A DNA stretch of 64,000 nucleotides, taken from NCBI RefSeq assembly GCF_006345805.1, contig NC_043005.1, forward strand, positions 107,446,001-107,510,000. The letters are read 5' to 3'. A program made the position numbers and the translations under genes. The DNA comes from Octopus sinensis (Eukaryota). Shown here piece by piece: positions 1 through 12,924 of this stretch. The notes under the pieces are model-generated. The model was not told where the DNA came from, searched no databases, and saw only the letters and a list, made by a program, of their open reading frames with translations. How positions within the stretch are numbered: position 1 is the stretch's first letter; the number at the start of each line of letters is the position of its first letter.

Positions 1-43
1 AATACAGATATCGAAGATAAATTATATTTAATTTGAGGTAAAT

Positions 44-272
44 CGGCGATCTGGTAGAATCGTTAGCACGCCGGGCGAAATGCGTAGCCGTATTTCGTCT
101 GCCGTTACATGCTGAATTCAAATTCCGCCGAGGCCGACTTTGCCTTGCTTCCTTTCGGGGTCGATAAATAAAGTACCAGTTACGCACTGGGGTCGATGTA
201 ATCGACTTAATCCCTTTGTCTTTCTTTGTTTGTCCCCTCTATGTTTAGCCCCTTGTGGTTAATAAAGAAATA
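44..272 (+). mobile_element. SINE family A, near full-length copy with 17-bp TSD
   Basis: tRNA-like head with box A/box B-like motifs (TGGTAGAATCG; GAATTCAAATT), body ...TTCCTTTCGGGGTCGATAAA..., tail GCCCCTTGTGG..AAAGAAAT. Flanked by TATATTTAATTTGAGGT at 23-39 and 273-289. More than 10 homologous copies in the window. Confidence 0.9.
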
Positions 273-323
273 TATATTTAATTTGAGGTGATGACCTGAG
301 CCCAATATGTGTGCGTGTATATA

Positions 324-1118
324 CAGGGTGCAGTAAATGAATTGCCGTAGAAATTACGCAAAATGAAAAATAATACTGACATCTCATTTTAATAGAGATA
401 TTTACCAAAATTACATAAGAATATCTTGAAATACTAAAAAGTAAATGTATTCAATATAATTGCCATTGACATCAACAACGGCCTCCAAACGACTGCGGGA
501 TCTTTTGCAACTCTTCTGGACGGTCTCCTTGTTTAAGTTGGTGAATGTTGCCATAATCCGTGCCTTCGGTTTTCTTTGGTGTTACAAGGAATTTTGTTGG
601 TCTTCCGCTCAACTTTGCCCTACATATAATAATCAAAGGGGATGCAGTTTGCAGAGTTAGGTGGCCAGAAGTTGTCTGACAGCCGTGACTGTGTTCTCCC
701 TATATCTGTTGCCAGACATAAGGTCTTCCAGTAGCCACCCTCTTGACCCAGAGCAGCACTACCTCCTCCAAGCAGTTGATGTAATCCTCCGTGTTGAATC
801 TAAGACCATGTGAGAAGATGAATGGAGGCATAACTTTGCCAGCACTAGTAATCGCTCCAAACACCATGATGTTGACTAGATGTTTGATTTTATCACTCTT
901 AGTACATGTCCTCATATTGCACTGTCCTCAGATAGACACTCTAACACTACAGTATATTGTTTCCAAATTTCTGGCAGATTGAATTGCGTCATGGTGCTGT
1001 TTTTATGTCATGTGGTGCCCAACTAACCCTACTATACAGTGTTATCGACAAAGTCAAAAACTAACAATGCGCGAAATTAAAAATATAAAATGGCAAACTT
1101 TCGCCCATCGCACCCCTG
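324..1118 (-). mobile_element. Deleted Tc1/mariner-superfamily DNA transposon (DD37D/maT-like), transposase pseudogene
   Basis: TA|CAGGGTGC ... GCACCCCTG|TA termini. Minus-strand translation gives MVFGAITSAGKVMPPFIF..NTEDYINCLEEVVL..GRPYVWQQ, then after frameshifts WPPNSANCIPFDY and RSRLEAVVDVNGNYIE (catalytic and C-terminal motifs). Confidence 0.85.
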
Positions 1119-1139
1119 TATGTATATATGATATGTGTT

Positions 1140-1290
<151 letters not shown>

Positions 1291-1520
1291 TACAAACGTA
1301 CGTGTACACATACACATATATTCATGTAACTATATATATGTGTCCCCGTGGTAATGACTGCGAAGTTGTATTATTTAGCATTGGATTAAATACATTTGTA
1401 CATAATAAATACCAGGCTAAATTTAAACTTAGTACTCTCTATATCATGGACTAAACGAAACTTGAACAGGTGCCCCCTATAGTATCAATCCCGTTATTGA
1501 AACCACAAAATACCAGTTCA

Positions 1521-1568
<48 letters not shown>

Positions 1569-1721
1569 TGTGTGTGTGTGTGTGTGTTTGAAATATCCGC
1601 ATACTCTTGTAATACATAATAGTTGTTAATAAGAGAGAGAGAGAGAGATAGAGAGAGGGGGAGAAAGAGGGAAAGATTTACCAGTGTATTGGAACGTAAC
1701 ACCTTTCTGGTAGATCCCGAC

Positions 1722-1820
1722 CCCCCGATGAAATAGCCAGTTAACCAGTTTGAATATGAACATTTTTAATTAATTTAATTTCTCTAATTGAATTCATTGG
1801 CTATGGAAACGGCTGTAGGG
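1722..1820 (+). ncRNA. Hammerhead-ribozyme-like motif (type I, long stem II, U4C variant)
   Basis: CCC-CCGATGA-A-ATAGCCAGT...ATTGGCTAT-G-GAAAC-GGCT-GTA-GGG. 9-bp stem II; ACGGCTGT is self-complementary with G-U pairs; 3-bp stem I. Followed by a ~90-bp pyrimidine-rich tail that ends at (CA)n. Confidence 0.6.
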
Positions 1821-4376
1821 ATAAGAATTTCATATCATATTAATTGAATATCTTTGAATAAATGTCAATATGTCAATATTTCAATTTCTCCATTTTCTTC
1901 TTTTTCTCATTCACACACACACAATCATACACACAGAGAAAAACACAAGCACACACATATATATTTATACAAATATATATGCATATATTTATATATATAT
2001 TCACACATACATACACACAAATGTATATATGCACGAACTCAAAGACATAAGCACACACACACAAACACGCAAACACACACACATATACATATAAAGAGAA
2101 AGAAAATGTGAGCATGAAATTATACTGAGTGGAAAAAGTATACTGACTGGGTGAATATATGTAAAATAGGGAGTTAGGGTTATAACCATCGGTCATGTGG
2201 TATTATCTAAGCAATTAGTAGACGAGAACTCGTTCGAGAAGTGTTTAGCACCTAAAACAACCAGAAGTCATGATTGCAAAACGTTGGGTAGATGGAGATT
2301 TTTGAACAACAATTCTCTGTGACACGTTGAACGTTGTGTCAGGGAAAGTTTAGTCAAAATTGATCAGAAGACTACTGCAACCGCCTCGGTAAATTATTGA
2401 ACACATACACAATTTCAGAATTAACCAATTGGCAAAATTGAAATAGGTGAATGAAAAATAAATAGCAGTATTTAAATGAATAGAAAGAAATGAAACAAAG
2501 AGCATAATACGAATCGATTTCTACATGTGTAAACTATTCTGTATATTTAAAATGTAATTCAAGGAGTTGCACGTAAACATAACAAGTGCACGCTTACATG
2601 CGCCCACACATATAAATCCAATCCAATCATGCAAACACAAGAACACGTGCATGCATGTGTGCAAACATACATACATTTGCCCTATCTGTTTAACTATTCT
2701 GATATTGTTTTGCGCTGTGAAACATGGATAACAGATTAAAAGAATTATTTGTGTGCATATTACCTAAGTGTGCCACTCAGGCCATGCACAACAAAAGCCT
2801 TCAGCCATATGGACCAAACACACAACATGAGCAAAAAATAGCTATTTTCTTTCTCCTTTCTCCAAACACTCTCAGTAGTTAATCTGCTCCAGTTTATAAG
2901 GCTTTCAAAGCAGAAATCGGCTATGGTTAGTCTCACGGATCATTAAGCTAAAACCTCATCTCAAATGTTTTGCTACTCTCACAGACTCAAGGTCATGAAT
3001 TTCTCATTTCAAAAATAAGGCCACGCATATAAAACTTTAAATTATCATGATTTTAATCTTCATTCCACCATTGGCATTTCTCAGCAACAACTGACTGCAT
3101 TCTGACCAGTGGTTTTATTAATTTATCTAGTTGTTTTATTTATTTATTTCTACTTTCATTCAGTTGCTATTGATTGTTAGGATCTGCTGGAGCGAAGGAA
3201 CTCATCCATGCCTGTTGGTATTTTCGAAGGATTAAGAAGAAGGCCGAAAAACCAGTAAATCCAACGGTGGTTGTGTCTGTTGTTTGTTACAATACTTCTC
3301 ACGCTGATGATACTGATGATGGTAGTAGTTTGTATGTGTTTGAACTGCGAAAGGCGCATGTAGTAAGGTGTATAGTGGCGAGGGGAGAGTAAAAAACTCT
3401 TATGCCTCGTTTAAGTTACGAGTTAGTTCCTGCCATTCTGCTGAAAGAACTCAGCCTTAACATCACTTCTCTCCTACCAAACGCCACCCTGACCAACAAC
3501 ACCATCTAAATACTTTGTTTTGTAGCCAATTGCGCCAAAGCGATAGATATAGATTCGCAGATAATCTGAATGAGGACGAAAATAAATAACGCCAAATAAT
3601 AATACTACGAATAATAAATGATAAAGAAGAGTAAAAGAAAAGAATACACAGAAAATAGATAGATGTATAGGTGGAAGGAGAGGGAGAGGTAAATAGATAA
3701 AATAATGGTTTGGCGGATATTTTGTAGTTATTTTACAGTTGGGAAGCTGAACAAATAGATTTTCTCGACAGGCCCTATTATAATAATTCATCATGTTGAG
3801 CGTGGCTTGATCAACTGAAGAGTGCTGTTGTGTTGCCTCAATATGACCAATCGGTAAATATACTTTGGCTCAAAGAGGAAGTAGAATCTAATAAGATATA
3901 TAACAGGAAGTTGATGCCGACTGGTAAGTACGGCAGAATCTGAGAACTCTGCAGACAAATTGTTCATTCGCAATGAAATATTACAGATTTATCAAACTGG
4001 AAACTAATGGTTCTTCTTTCATACAACTATATCTACATATCAGTTGTGATATATGCCTAAGGGATGAACATATGTTTGAGCATATAAAAATATGATATTG
4101 AGTGTGTGTGTGTGTCAGTGTTGCGATATATGTTTATGTGGGTGATAGTGTATATACGCAGCACAAGTGTAGATTACAGTGAGTATATGATAGATAAATA
4201 CATATATGTGTGCAAAACAGTGTTTTACATTCTGAGGAAAACATAAATGTGAGGATTCTGTCTGTTCATTATGTGTCCGTAGCACTATAATAGATCAATT
4301 TTGTACACAACATAATTTATACATATATTTTTGTGTATGTACATGCGTCTGTGTATACACAGACATACGTATTTGT

Positions 4377-4381
4377 ATGTA

Positions 4382-4475
<94 letters not shown>

Positions 4476-4545
4476 TGTGTATATATGTGTATATAGATAT
4501 ATAAATGTTTATATATCTCTATAAATCTATATGTATATATCTATA

Positions 4546-4605
<60 letters not shown>

Positions 4606-4617
4606 GAGAGAGAGAGA

Positions 4618-4648
<31 letters not shown>

Positions 4649-4694
4649 CGTGATAGAGACCGACAGACAAATGCATATATATCTAATATATATA

Positions 4695-4746
<52 letters not shown>

Positions 4747-4907
4747 CATAATGTGCGCATTTATAGGCTGTCGTATGTTTGCAGGCCTGGTTACCATAAA
4801 CAACGTAAAAGTTAGATAAGAAACTTGATTTCTTGATTTCATAACCGAACTTACAGTACATAAACAAATGTACATATAGATGTACATATATACATGCCTA
4901 ATTATAA

Positions 4908-4948
<41 letters not shown>

Positions 4949-4970
4949 GAGAGAGAGAGAGAGAGATACA
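4377..4970. repeat. Compound (TA)n/(GA)n/(GT)n microsatellite block
   Basis: Read directly from the sequence. Confidence 0.95.
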
Positions 4971-5394
4971 TACACGCACACATATATGAATGGATCCGTG
5001 TATATATGTGTATGTGTGTGTGTATGGGGTCGTAGAAAGTCCGTATTGCTGGGGTTGTAATATCGATTATAGACCATTTTTTCAATACAGATTACTTAGT
5101 AATACCAATAATAACCGACTGTAGGAAATTAACTCGACTCTATATTATTAAGTGGAGTCTACTTTGTGCCCTGATTTCTCCACCACCACCACCACCACCA
5201 CCACCACATATACATACGCGCACGTAGACATACACTCACACGTATTCTCATAATTATTCCTCTTTCCTACTGATTTCATATATTTGTTCGTTACTTACTA
5301 TTAGGTATGAACTAATTATTCATTGTCCAAACTAAAGTACATAAAGAATGTTCGAATCCAGTTAGTACTTCACTTTCTCGTATTTATAGTTAAA

Positions 5395-5880
5395 GGACCT
5401 GGTTTAACGGTTAGGGTAATGAGCTCGGAATCCTTAGGTCGTTGGTTCGACTCTTGAGCAAACTGACGCGTTGTGTATTTCATTAAAGCATTTATTTCAT
5501 GGAATCTACTAAAATTTAGTTGAAAAGAGTATCTATTTCTTTACTACCCACAAGGGGCTAAACACAGAGAGGACAAACAAGGATAGACAAACGGATTAAG
5601 TCGATTATATTGACCCCAGTGCGTAACTGGTACTTATTTAATCGACCCCGAAAGGATGAAAGGCAAAGTCGACCTCGGCGGAATTTGAACTCAGAACACA
5701 ACGGCAGACGAAATACGGCTACGCATTTCGTATCAGTGACATCTAGAGATTAACTCTGGGATGTTGCAGGGATCTCATGTGCGTCCCGCTGGAGGGCTTT
5801 CATGTGCTCTGCGAAATTCCGGATAAGTTCCTGCCTCGGAGGCTGTAGTAACTATTAGGTAACGTATCCTATTTATGAAT
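5395..5880 (+). mobile_element. Old tRNA-headed SINE interrupted by a younger family A SINE
   Basis: GGTTTAACGGTTAGGG...GGTTCGACTC head (box A/B-like), similar to the heads at 7855 and 25965. The 3' boundary is approximate. Confidence 0.5.
5534..5730 (-). mobile_element. SINE family A, 5'-truncated
   Basis: Reverse complement of the family A body and tail. Short GTATC repeat at both junctions. Confidence 0.9.
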
Positions 5881-5944
5881 AAGATTTTGTCCGCCACCGA
5901 TATGTATATTTATATTTAATTTAAAAGCAAAACTTGAACCATAA

Positions 5945-6320
5945 TTGTTTCAAAATTTGGCACAATTTTAGTTGCTAGGATTAGTCGATTATATCTTCCC
6001 AAGATCTGGTATTTTCTTTTATTGACACGAAAAGGATGGGAAAATAAGCTGACTTCAGAGGGATCAGAATTCAGAACGTTCAGACCTAGAAAATTTGCTG
6101 CTGAGCATTTTGTCCGGCACAACTCAAGATATAATTATAAGCAGAAAAACTGAAATTTAGTGGGAGTGGGGGTTGGCTAGTCAATTACATCGAGCCCAGT
6201 GTTGAGCCGTTACTTATTTTATTGTCTCAAGGGGAAGAAAGCGAAGTTGATCTCGATGGGATTTGAACTCAGAAGATTCAGAGACAGAAGAAATACCGTT
6301 GTGCATTTTGTTCCACGCAC
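5945..6320 (-). mobile_element. Two degenerate older family A-related SINE copies
   Basis: Diverged TAGTCGATTATATC..., GATTTGAACTCAGAA... and GCATTTTGTCCGGCAC motifs, present twice. Confidence 0.7.
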
Positions 6321-6482
6321 GTTGCAATGCCATCAATCCTTGCTAGTATCCTTACTAGGCTGATAACATTGTGCATAACTCAATATGAATATGATTTAGA
6401 ACGAAGCGCTAGTCGAGCATAGAGTTGAAATAAGAAAATGAGATGACAAAAAAAATAATCGATTATGTTATGAATATCATTA

Positions 6483-6561
6483 GCTTACAGCTGTTTCTGC
6501 TAAAAGATGCAGTGGACTCAGAGCTCAGTGCCTGAGATATACCTTATAGCCTCACCGGAGC
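6483..6561 (-). ncRNA. Degenerate hammerhead-like motif (long stem II)
   Basis: Minus strand reads GCT-CCGGTGA-G-GCTATAAG...CTTTTAGC-A-GAAAC-AGCT-GTA-AGC. ACAGCTGT is palindromic. The core has two deviations from CTGANGA. Confidence 0.5.
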
Positions 6562-6589
6562 ATTGAATATGAAGGTACTTCATATTCGA

Positions 6590-6815
6590 GGCGAGCTGGC
6601 AGAATCGTTATCACGCCTGGCGAAATGCGTAGCCGTATTTCGTCTGCCGTTACGTTCTGAGTTCAAATTCCGCCGATGTCGACTTTGCCTTTAATCCTTT
6701 CGGGGTCGATAAATTAAGTACCAGTTACGCACTGGGGTCGATGTAATCGACTTAATCCATGTGTCTGCTTTGTTTGTCCCCTCTGTGTTTAGCCCCTTGT
6801 GGGTAGTAAAGAAAT
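6590..6815 (+). mobile_element. SINE family A, full-length, 20-bp TSD
   Basis: AGGTACTTCATATTCGAGGC at 6573-6592 (its last bases overlap the SINE head) and 6816-6835. Confidence 0.92.
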
Positions 6816-7854
6816 AGGTACTTCATATTCGAGGCTCCAATGAAGCTATAAGCTATACGCTATAATTTAGTATATGATATTTTGCGTGTGATATGTTCTA
6901 CTTTCCCTGTTTTAGGGCGAAATTATATAATTTAAATTCGTTGCTGTGATTTTGCTGTAGAGAAGATTAGTGGGAGCATGTGAGTATGTGATGTCATATG
7001 CGATTTCGGATGGATGTTTAGTTTATGAATGTGTATTAAAGCTATGTACGTATAGCTTTAAAATGTGGATAAAAAGTTGGGCCTATGTGACATCCCACAA
7101 CAAAAATTGTAGCCTACTGTATGGTTTATAGGCTTGGTAGCCTATCAAAGATCAGCCAATGCTTTCTGTTGTTTCTTAAAGTAGTGCGCTCAGTAGTTTT
7201 TTCTTGACTTAACTGCAGTAAAATAAGTTAAAGGTTTTGCTGATATCAATGATATTTCGAATGATACCTTTAAGCGAATTTTTGTTGTTGCTGAAATCAT
7301 CAATTATCTTATATGTTGAATTCTTTTAATACTGTGAAAATAATGTTTTGCATATATGGTTGTAAATTGTTATCGTGGAAGTGTTTAACGAGCAAGGATG
7401 GAAAATAGCATTAGATGAGTGATAGATTGTGGTGGCAGATGGTGAAAGCAATTGTTTGCGCAAGGGAATGTTAGAAATTGTGGATAGAAGCTGCTCTTAA
7501 GGATTTTTCTGGAAGATATAGTTAACGGGTTAAAATATTTGGTGGTTATATGGGCTGATAAAAGAAGGTCAGTTATGCAATTTGATTGCAAAAAGAGAAT
7601 CGCAATATAGAACTACAGTGTCGCTGGTGATTATTCAAATGTGCCACTGATTCGTCCTCTGCATTTATTACAACAGTTCAAGTGACAAGGGAATATTTCA
7701 TTAGATGTAGAACAAATGTTTCTTGGGAACTCAATAGAAAAGCATATTTTCTTTCGACACGTATGGTGCGCACAGTGGAAACGGTCCTAGAAATCAAAGC
7801 TGTTACAACACAACTAGACAGATGGCCATTTGTGAAATAACATTATTTGACATG

Positions 7855-8120
7855 AAAGTGAGTGGTTTAGTGGTTAAGGTATTATGCTTACAAATGTATG
7901 ATTGTGGGATCGGTTCCCGAACTGGGCCGCGTATTGCGTATATGTGCTATGTACTTTATTTTAAGCCACCCCTGCACTGACAGCTAAAGATGAGCAACAA
8001 ACAGGTGGTTGATTAAAGGTGCAACCAACGGGTGTCGCGTCCAGGTGAACTGATATATTCTCTGTTGCTTAAACATCTCGAATCGCCGGTTAGATCTGAC
8101 TTATGATTCCTGTGGTTAGA
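7855..8120 (+). mobile_element. Degenerate tRNA-headed SINE
   Basis: GTGGTTTAGTGGTTAAGG...GGATCGGTTCCC head, similar to the head at 25965. Confidence 0.5.
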
Positions 8121-8549
8121 CATATATAATTTTGTTTATAGTGTGTAATATTAATTTTCTTTGATCTAATGTATATTTTTTTTTGTATGGAAAATACAGT
8201 CACTGAATACTGCATGTTTGATATATATCATATATGAAATTTATCAAATGCTTGATGCCTTTGCGTAATAGTTAAACATAAATCACTTCATATTTAGAAA
8301 GTCATCAGCTGATCAGATTTGATAACTTTCCTAAGTTTTCTGAGAGAATTTAGATTTGGAATATTATGGAACACTTAGTCGACATAGAATATATTCAAAA
8401 TATAATTTTAATATTTAATTAATTCCTCTGATTTTCTTGCTCATAAATTCATGGAAAATTTGTAAGCATCTGAATGATGAATTCGTGGATAATAATTTGA
8501 TGAAGATTGCATGTATTAAACTCGAAATATGTTTTGTGTTCAAGAAATA

Positions 8550-8755
8550 TTGGTTTCAAATTTTGGCACAACCCAGCAATTTCGAAGTAAAGGGCTAGTT
8601 GATTATATCGATCCCACTACTGAACTGGTGTTTACCTGATCGAGACAAACAGGGTGGCAGGCAAGTTCGACGTCGATCGAATTTGATGGTCAAATAGATA
8701 AAATACGGTAAGTATTTTACCCGGGTTGCTAACAACTCTGCCATGTTATCGCCTT
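8550..8755 (-). mobile_element. Degenerate family A-related SINE (older tail type)
   Basis: TTTTGGCACAA..AATTTCG..CTAGTTGATTATATCGATCCCA..CTGCCATGTTATCGCC, diverged from family A. Confidence 0.65.
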
Positions 8756-8801
8756 TCACGTTAAATACATATTATCAACTTAAGAAAAATTCACTAGACA
8801 C

Positions 8802-9175
8802 GGGGGTGGCAGTGTGGTAAGTAGTTTGCTTACCAACCACATGATTCCGTGTTCAGTCCCACTGCATGGCACATTGGGCAAGTGTCTTCTACTATAGCCT
8901 TGTGAGTGGATTTGGTAGACAGAAACTGAGAGAAGTCCGTCGTATTTGTATGTATATATGTATGTGTGTATGGCTGTGTGTCTTTGTTTGTCTCCCTAGC
9001 ATTGCTTGACAAGCGATGCTGGTGTGTTTATGTCCCCGACATTTAGCGGTTCGGCAAAAGGGACCGATAGAATAAGTACTGGGCTTACAAAGAATAAGTC
9101 CCGGGGTCGATTTGCTCGACTAAAGGCGGTGCTCCAGCATGGCTGCAGTCAAATGACAAAAACAAGTAAAAGAGA
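8802..9175 (+). mobile_element. SINE family B (tRNA-like head, internal microsatellite)
   Basis: GTGGCAGTGTGGTAAGTAG..GTTCAGTCCCACTGC head and ...GCGGTTCGGCAAAAG..GGGGTCGATTTGCTCGACTAAAGGCGGTGCTCCAGCATGG..AAACAAGTAAAAGAG tail. Homologous to 26700-27110 and 46648-47066. Confidence 0.9.
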
Positions 9176-9875
9176 GAAAAAGAGAGAGAGAGAGAGAGAG
9201 GGAAAGAGAGAGGCAGAGAGAGACAATATCAACAATAACAGATTATTGACTCAACTCCACCTTGAGGTGTGGAAGAAACAAATTGTTATAATATAAAGTA
9301 CTTTTACTACTTTTCATGAGAAATTATTTATACCGATTTAGATCCTTAATGCTCATTCAAGTAATATTTGTTGAAACGCAAATTCGATAACAATGGATGA
9401 AGTACTTGTTGCTGGGCCGTACCTGCTGGATATAATTTGATGATATCTTAGTGGAAACTATTTGCCTTCTTGCGAAATCTAGCAAAATTCCTAATATTAA
9501 CATCTGGAACGATATATTTTAATGTTATATGTCCTATGATATTTTTTTGATCGTCTTTCTATTTTCTTGCGTCACAGATAAAGGTTTTATGTAGCAGCAA
9601 TTGAAAAGGTTCCTGAGTGAGGACAACAGCTTCAAAACCATGAAATTGAAGAATATATTAATTTCTGAAGATATCAAAACACCAGTATATCTCTACGCCA
9701 TAAGAATAAAAATGGTATTTAAAAAAGTATTAGAATAAACGTTTGTGCATATGCATATATACAAGCAAACGTATGTGCATGCATATATATACATGCATAA
9801 ATACATACATACAAACATACATATATTTATGTATATCTATATCAATATATATCTATATGTACCTATCTCTCTCTT

Positions 9876-9920
<45 letters not shown>

Positions 9921-9923
<3 letters not shown>

Positions 9924-10376
9924 CAAAATAAGCAACAAGGACATCCAAATGTAGTGCTGTACAATTGTTTCATGCTACTTCATTTAATTAAACAATGTAA
10001 GTATTACATCAGTTTTAAAATGTAGAGCAATCTTCAGTCACATATGGAATTTTTTAATTAAATTGACAATATCCATTTTTACACTTATTCCATTTTCCAA
10101 CATTACAAAGAGGGTAGGTATATAGACAGAGAGGTGAATCTCATTAACAGAAACATGGTAGTAAATGATCTTTACTCACGGGTAGATTTCTTATCACGAT
10201 AATTACATTGTTTAATTAAATGAAAAAGCATGAAACAATTGTACTGCACTAACTTTGGATATCCTTGTCGCTTAATTTGATTATAATCAACCCATTCGAT
10301 TTATATGGATAATACCATACAAAATTCTGGTTTCTTTAACTTAATATTCATCTGAATCTAAAATTTTTACTGAACT
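9921..10376. mobile_element. Fold-back module in (TA)n with hammerhead-like motif (Penelope-derived, non-coding)
   Basis: Inverted arms 9922-10000 and 10203-10281 (~80 bp), then a tail to 10376, with (TA)n on both sides. Minus strand 10041-9954 reads CTGAAGA-T-TGCT...AGCA-T-GAAAC-AATT-GTA. Confidence 0.7.
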
Positions 10377-10440
10377 TATATATATATATAAAGCAAATGC
10401 ATAAAATGAAAATATTTAAATTGAAAATGAAGATGCAAAA

Positions 10441-10450
10441 AATAATAATA

Positions 10451-10544
<94 letters not shown>

Positions 10545-10887
10545 AAGAAGAAGATTATGGACGGTGGTAGAAAGGTAAGGAGTGGCAATATAAAATGTCT
10601 GGACAGCGAAGTGTAGTCAAGGCACCACCAGACGGCGAATTTCAGAGGCAAAAAACAGCAAATCTGACATGTATTGGCAGTAAATCTAAAATTTCACAGC
10701 AATCATTTTACTTTCTGTCTGCTACTTATGTCTACGAGAAAAAAATCTTGTAAACTTGCATTTTGCAACTCTGTTATTATTATTTGTATTTCAGTGTGTG
10801 GGAGATTGCTGTTGTTGGTGTTTTTGCTGTTGTAGTTGTTATTGTTATTGATATTATTATTATTATATTATTATTATTATTATTATA

Positions 10888-10952
<65 letters not shown>

Positions 10953-11103
10953 ACCCTTTCTGTCTACTTTGATTTCTGCTTGAGACGCCGTTCAAATATT
11001 GCAGTCCATTATGTAATCCTCAGTGAAATTGAATTTATCAATTTAGATAAAAGGTCGGAAAATGAATAAAATAATAATAATAATAATAATGATGATAATA
11101 ATA

Positions 11104-11135
<32 letters not shown>

Positions 11136-11165
11136 TAATAATAATAATAATAACGACAACAACAA
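10441..11165. repeat. (TAA)n/(GAA)n/(ATT)n trinucleotide microsatellites
   Basis: Runs at ~10441-10555, 10850-10950 and 11070-11165, read directly. Confidence 0.95.
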
Positions 11166-11323
11166 TAATATATTTTTCCAACAAGCATGAATATAAGAGA
11201 AAAAATAGCGAACATAAAATCGCAGTGGTTAGTGTGTGAGTGGGCAAATGTATATACTTATGTATATAAAATATATGTGCGTATATAAGTATATATATTT
11301 GAGGTTATCTAGCTACATAGCTG

Positions 11324-11354
<31 letters not shown>

Positions 11355-11970
11355 TATATATAATATATATATATATTGATTGATAGATAGACAGATAGAT
11401 ATATACATACAGATATACATATATATGTGTATATACATGTGCTTATATACGTAAGTGCGTACATACATACATACATACATGCATACATACATATACACAA
11501 CTTAAGGGATGAAAATATATAATGAATGTATAAAAATTGTAAAAACTTTCTTTACAATGTTACCCACATCAAGTTTCTACCGGCCAACGTTTTCAAATGC
11601 AGCTGTTGTTGTTGTGTTGTCAATGCATTTGTTCTTATTACTTATTTGTTTTCATTGGTTTATCATTTGATTGACATTTTTAGTTCTATATTCTGTTCAC
11701 TTTTCTTTCTTGTCAGTTGTTTTTCCTTCCTGAAACAGTAATTTTTTCTTTTTCCATATTTTTACTTCGCTTCCAGATTATTTTTTAGTTTCATTTTCTA
11801 CTCCACCAACGACCTCCTAATCACTCTAACCACTGTTCTGTTTCCCTTGTTCTCTTTCGTTCTCTCCACTTCTCTCTGAATGAATGTAACGTAATAAGTG
11901 TACGTTCGTATGTATGCATTTATGTATACATACATACGTGTATTCTAAATGTCTAATATATGATATACTT

Positions 11971-12001
<31 letters not shown>

Positions 12002-12603
12002 ATACATGGGATATATATGCATATATATATATATATATACACACACATATATATATATATGTATCAATGTGTGTGTATGAGCGTGTGTGTGTATTTGTGT
12101 GAGTGTTTATGTATGTATGTAAGTATATTTGTATAGATGTATAGTTAAAACTCCTCCCCCATCCTCTTACCAATTCCAACTTTTTTCCATTCACCAGCTC
12201 GTGCCATCCTTCATATTTAACATATATGTTAAAATTAAATTGAAACGGGGGACAGATGAAAGTGGTCTATTTCAATTTCAATTTAACCGCTATTGCTCAT
12301 GGTAACCAATCCTAATTTCCATAATCCAACGTCTTCATTTGCAAGCGTCATAACATTTATTAAAATTTATTTATTTTTACTGTACCCGCTTCAATATACC
12401 ATACATCTCCCACACACTTATATGTAAGGTTTTCAGCTACCCTTACCGCATGCATAGCATTAATTCTCCATACGCAGTTTCTTCATTCTTTTACTTAGGA
12501 ATTAGATTTAGACTATATTTTATTTGATGAAAATTAACTCTTTGTATAAATTTGTGTGTGTTCGTGCACACATATATAGAAAATATATGCATGCATACAT
12601 ACA

Positions 12604-12637
<34 letters not shown>

Positions 12638-12883
12638 CATACATAGATAATATATATATATATATTATAATATTTGGGAATAAATTAAACTTACAGGGAA
12701 AAATGAGATTTAGGATTAAATCCAATTTTATAGTATAAATATATTATATTATATTATATTAACTTAGAGATAAAACCACTATTAGGCAAATCAAACAGTG
12801 AAAAATATAAGCCAATACATAAAATTAATTTTAAAATAAATTTTTTTAAAATAATTTAAACTTATAAATTTTATATATATTAT

Positions 12884-12924
<41 letters not shown>

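Larger units (their letters stand above)
6440..7700 (-). mobile_element. Highly degenerate Penelope-like element remnant
   Basis: Minus-strand fragments TVVINAEDE and YNFCCG..HIGPT..SEIAY weakly resemble Penelope RT and GIY-YIG motifs. The remnant ends in a hammerhead-like motif at 6483-6561. Confidence 0.35.
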
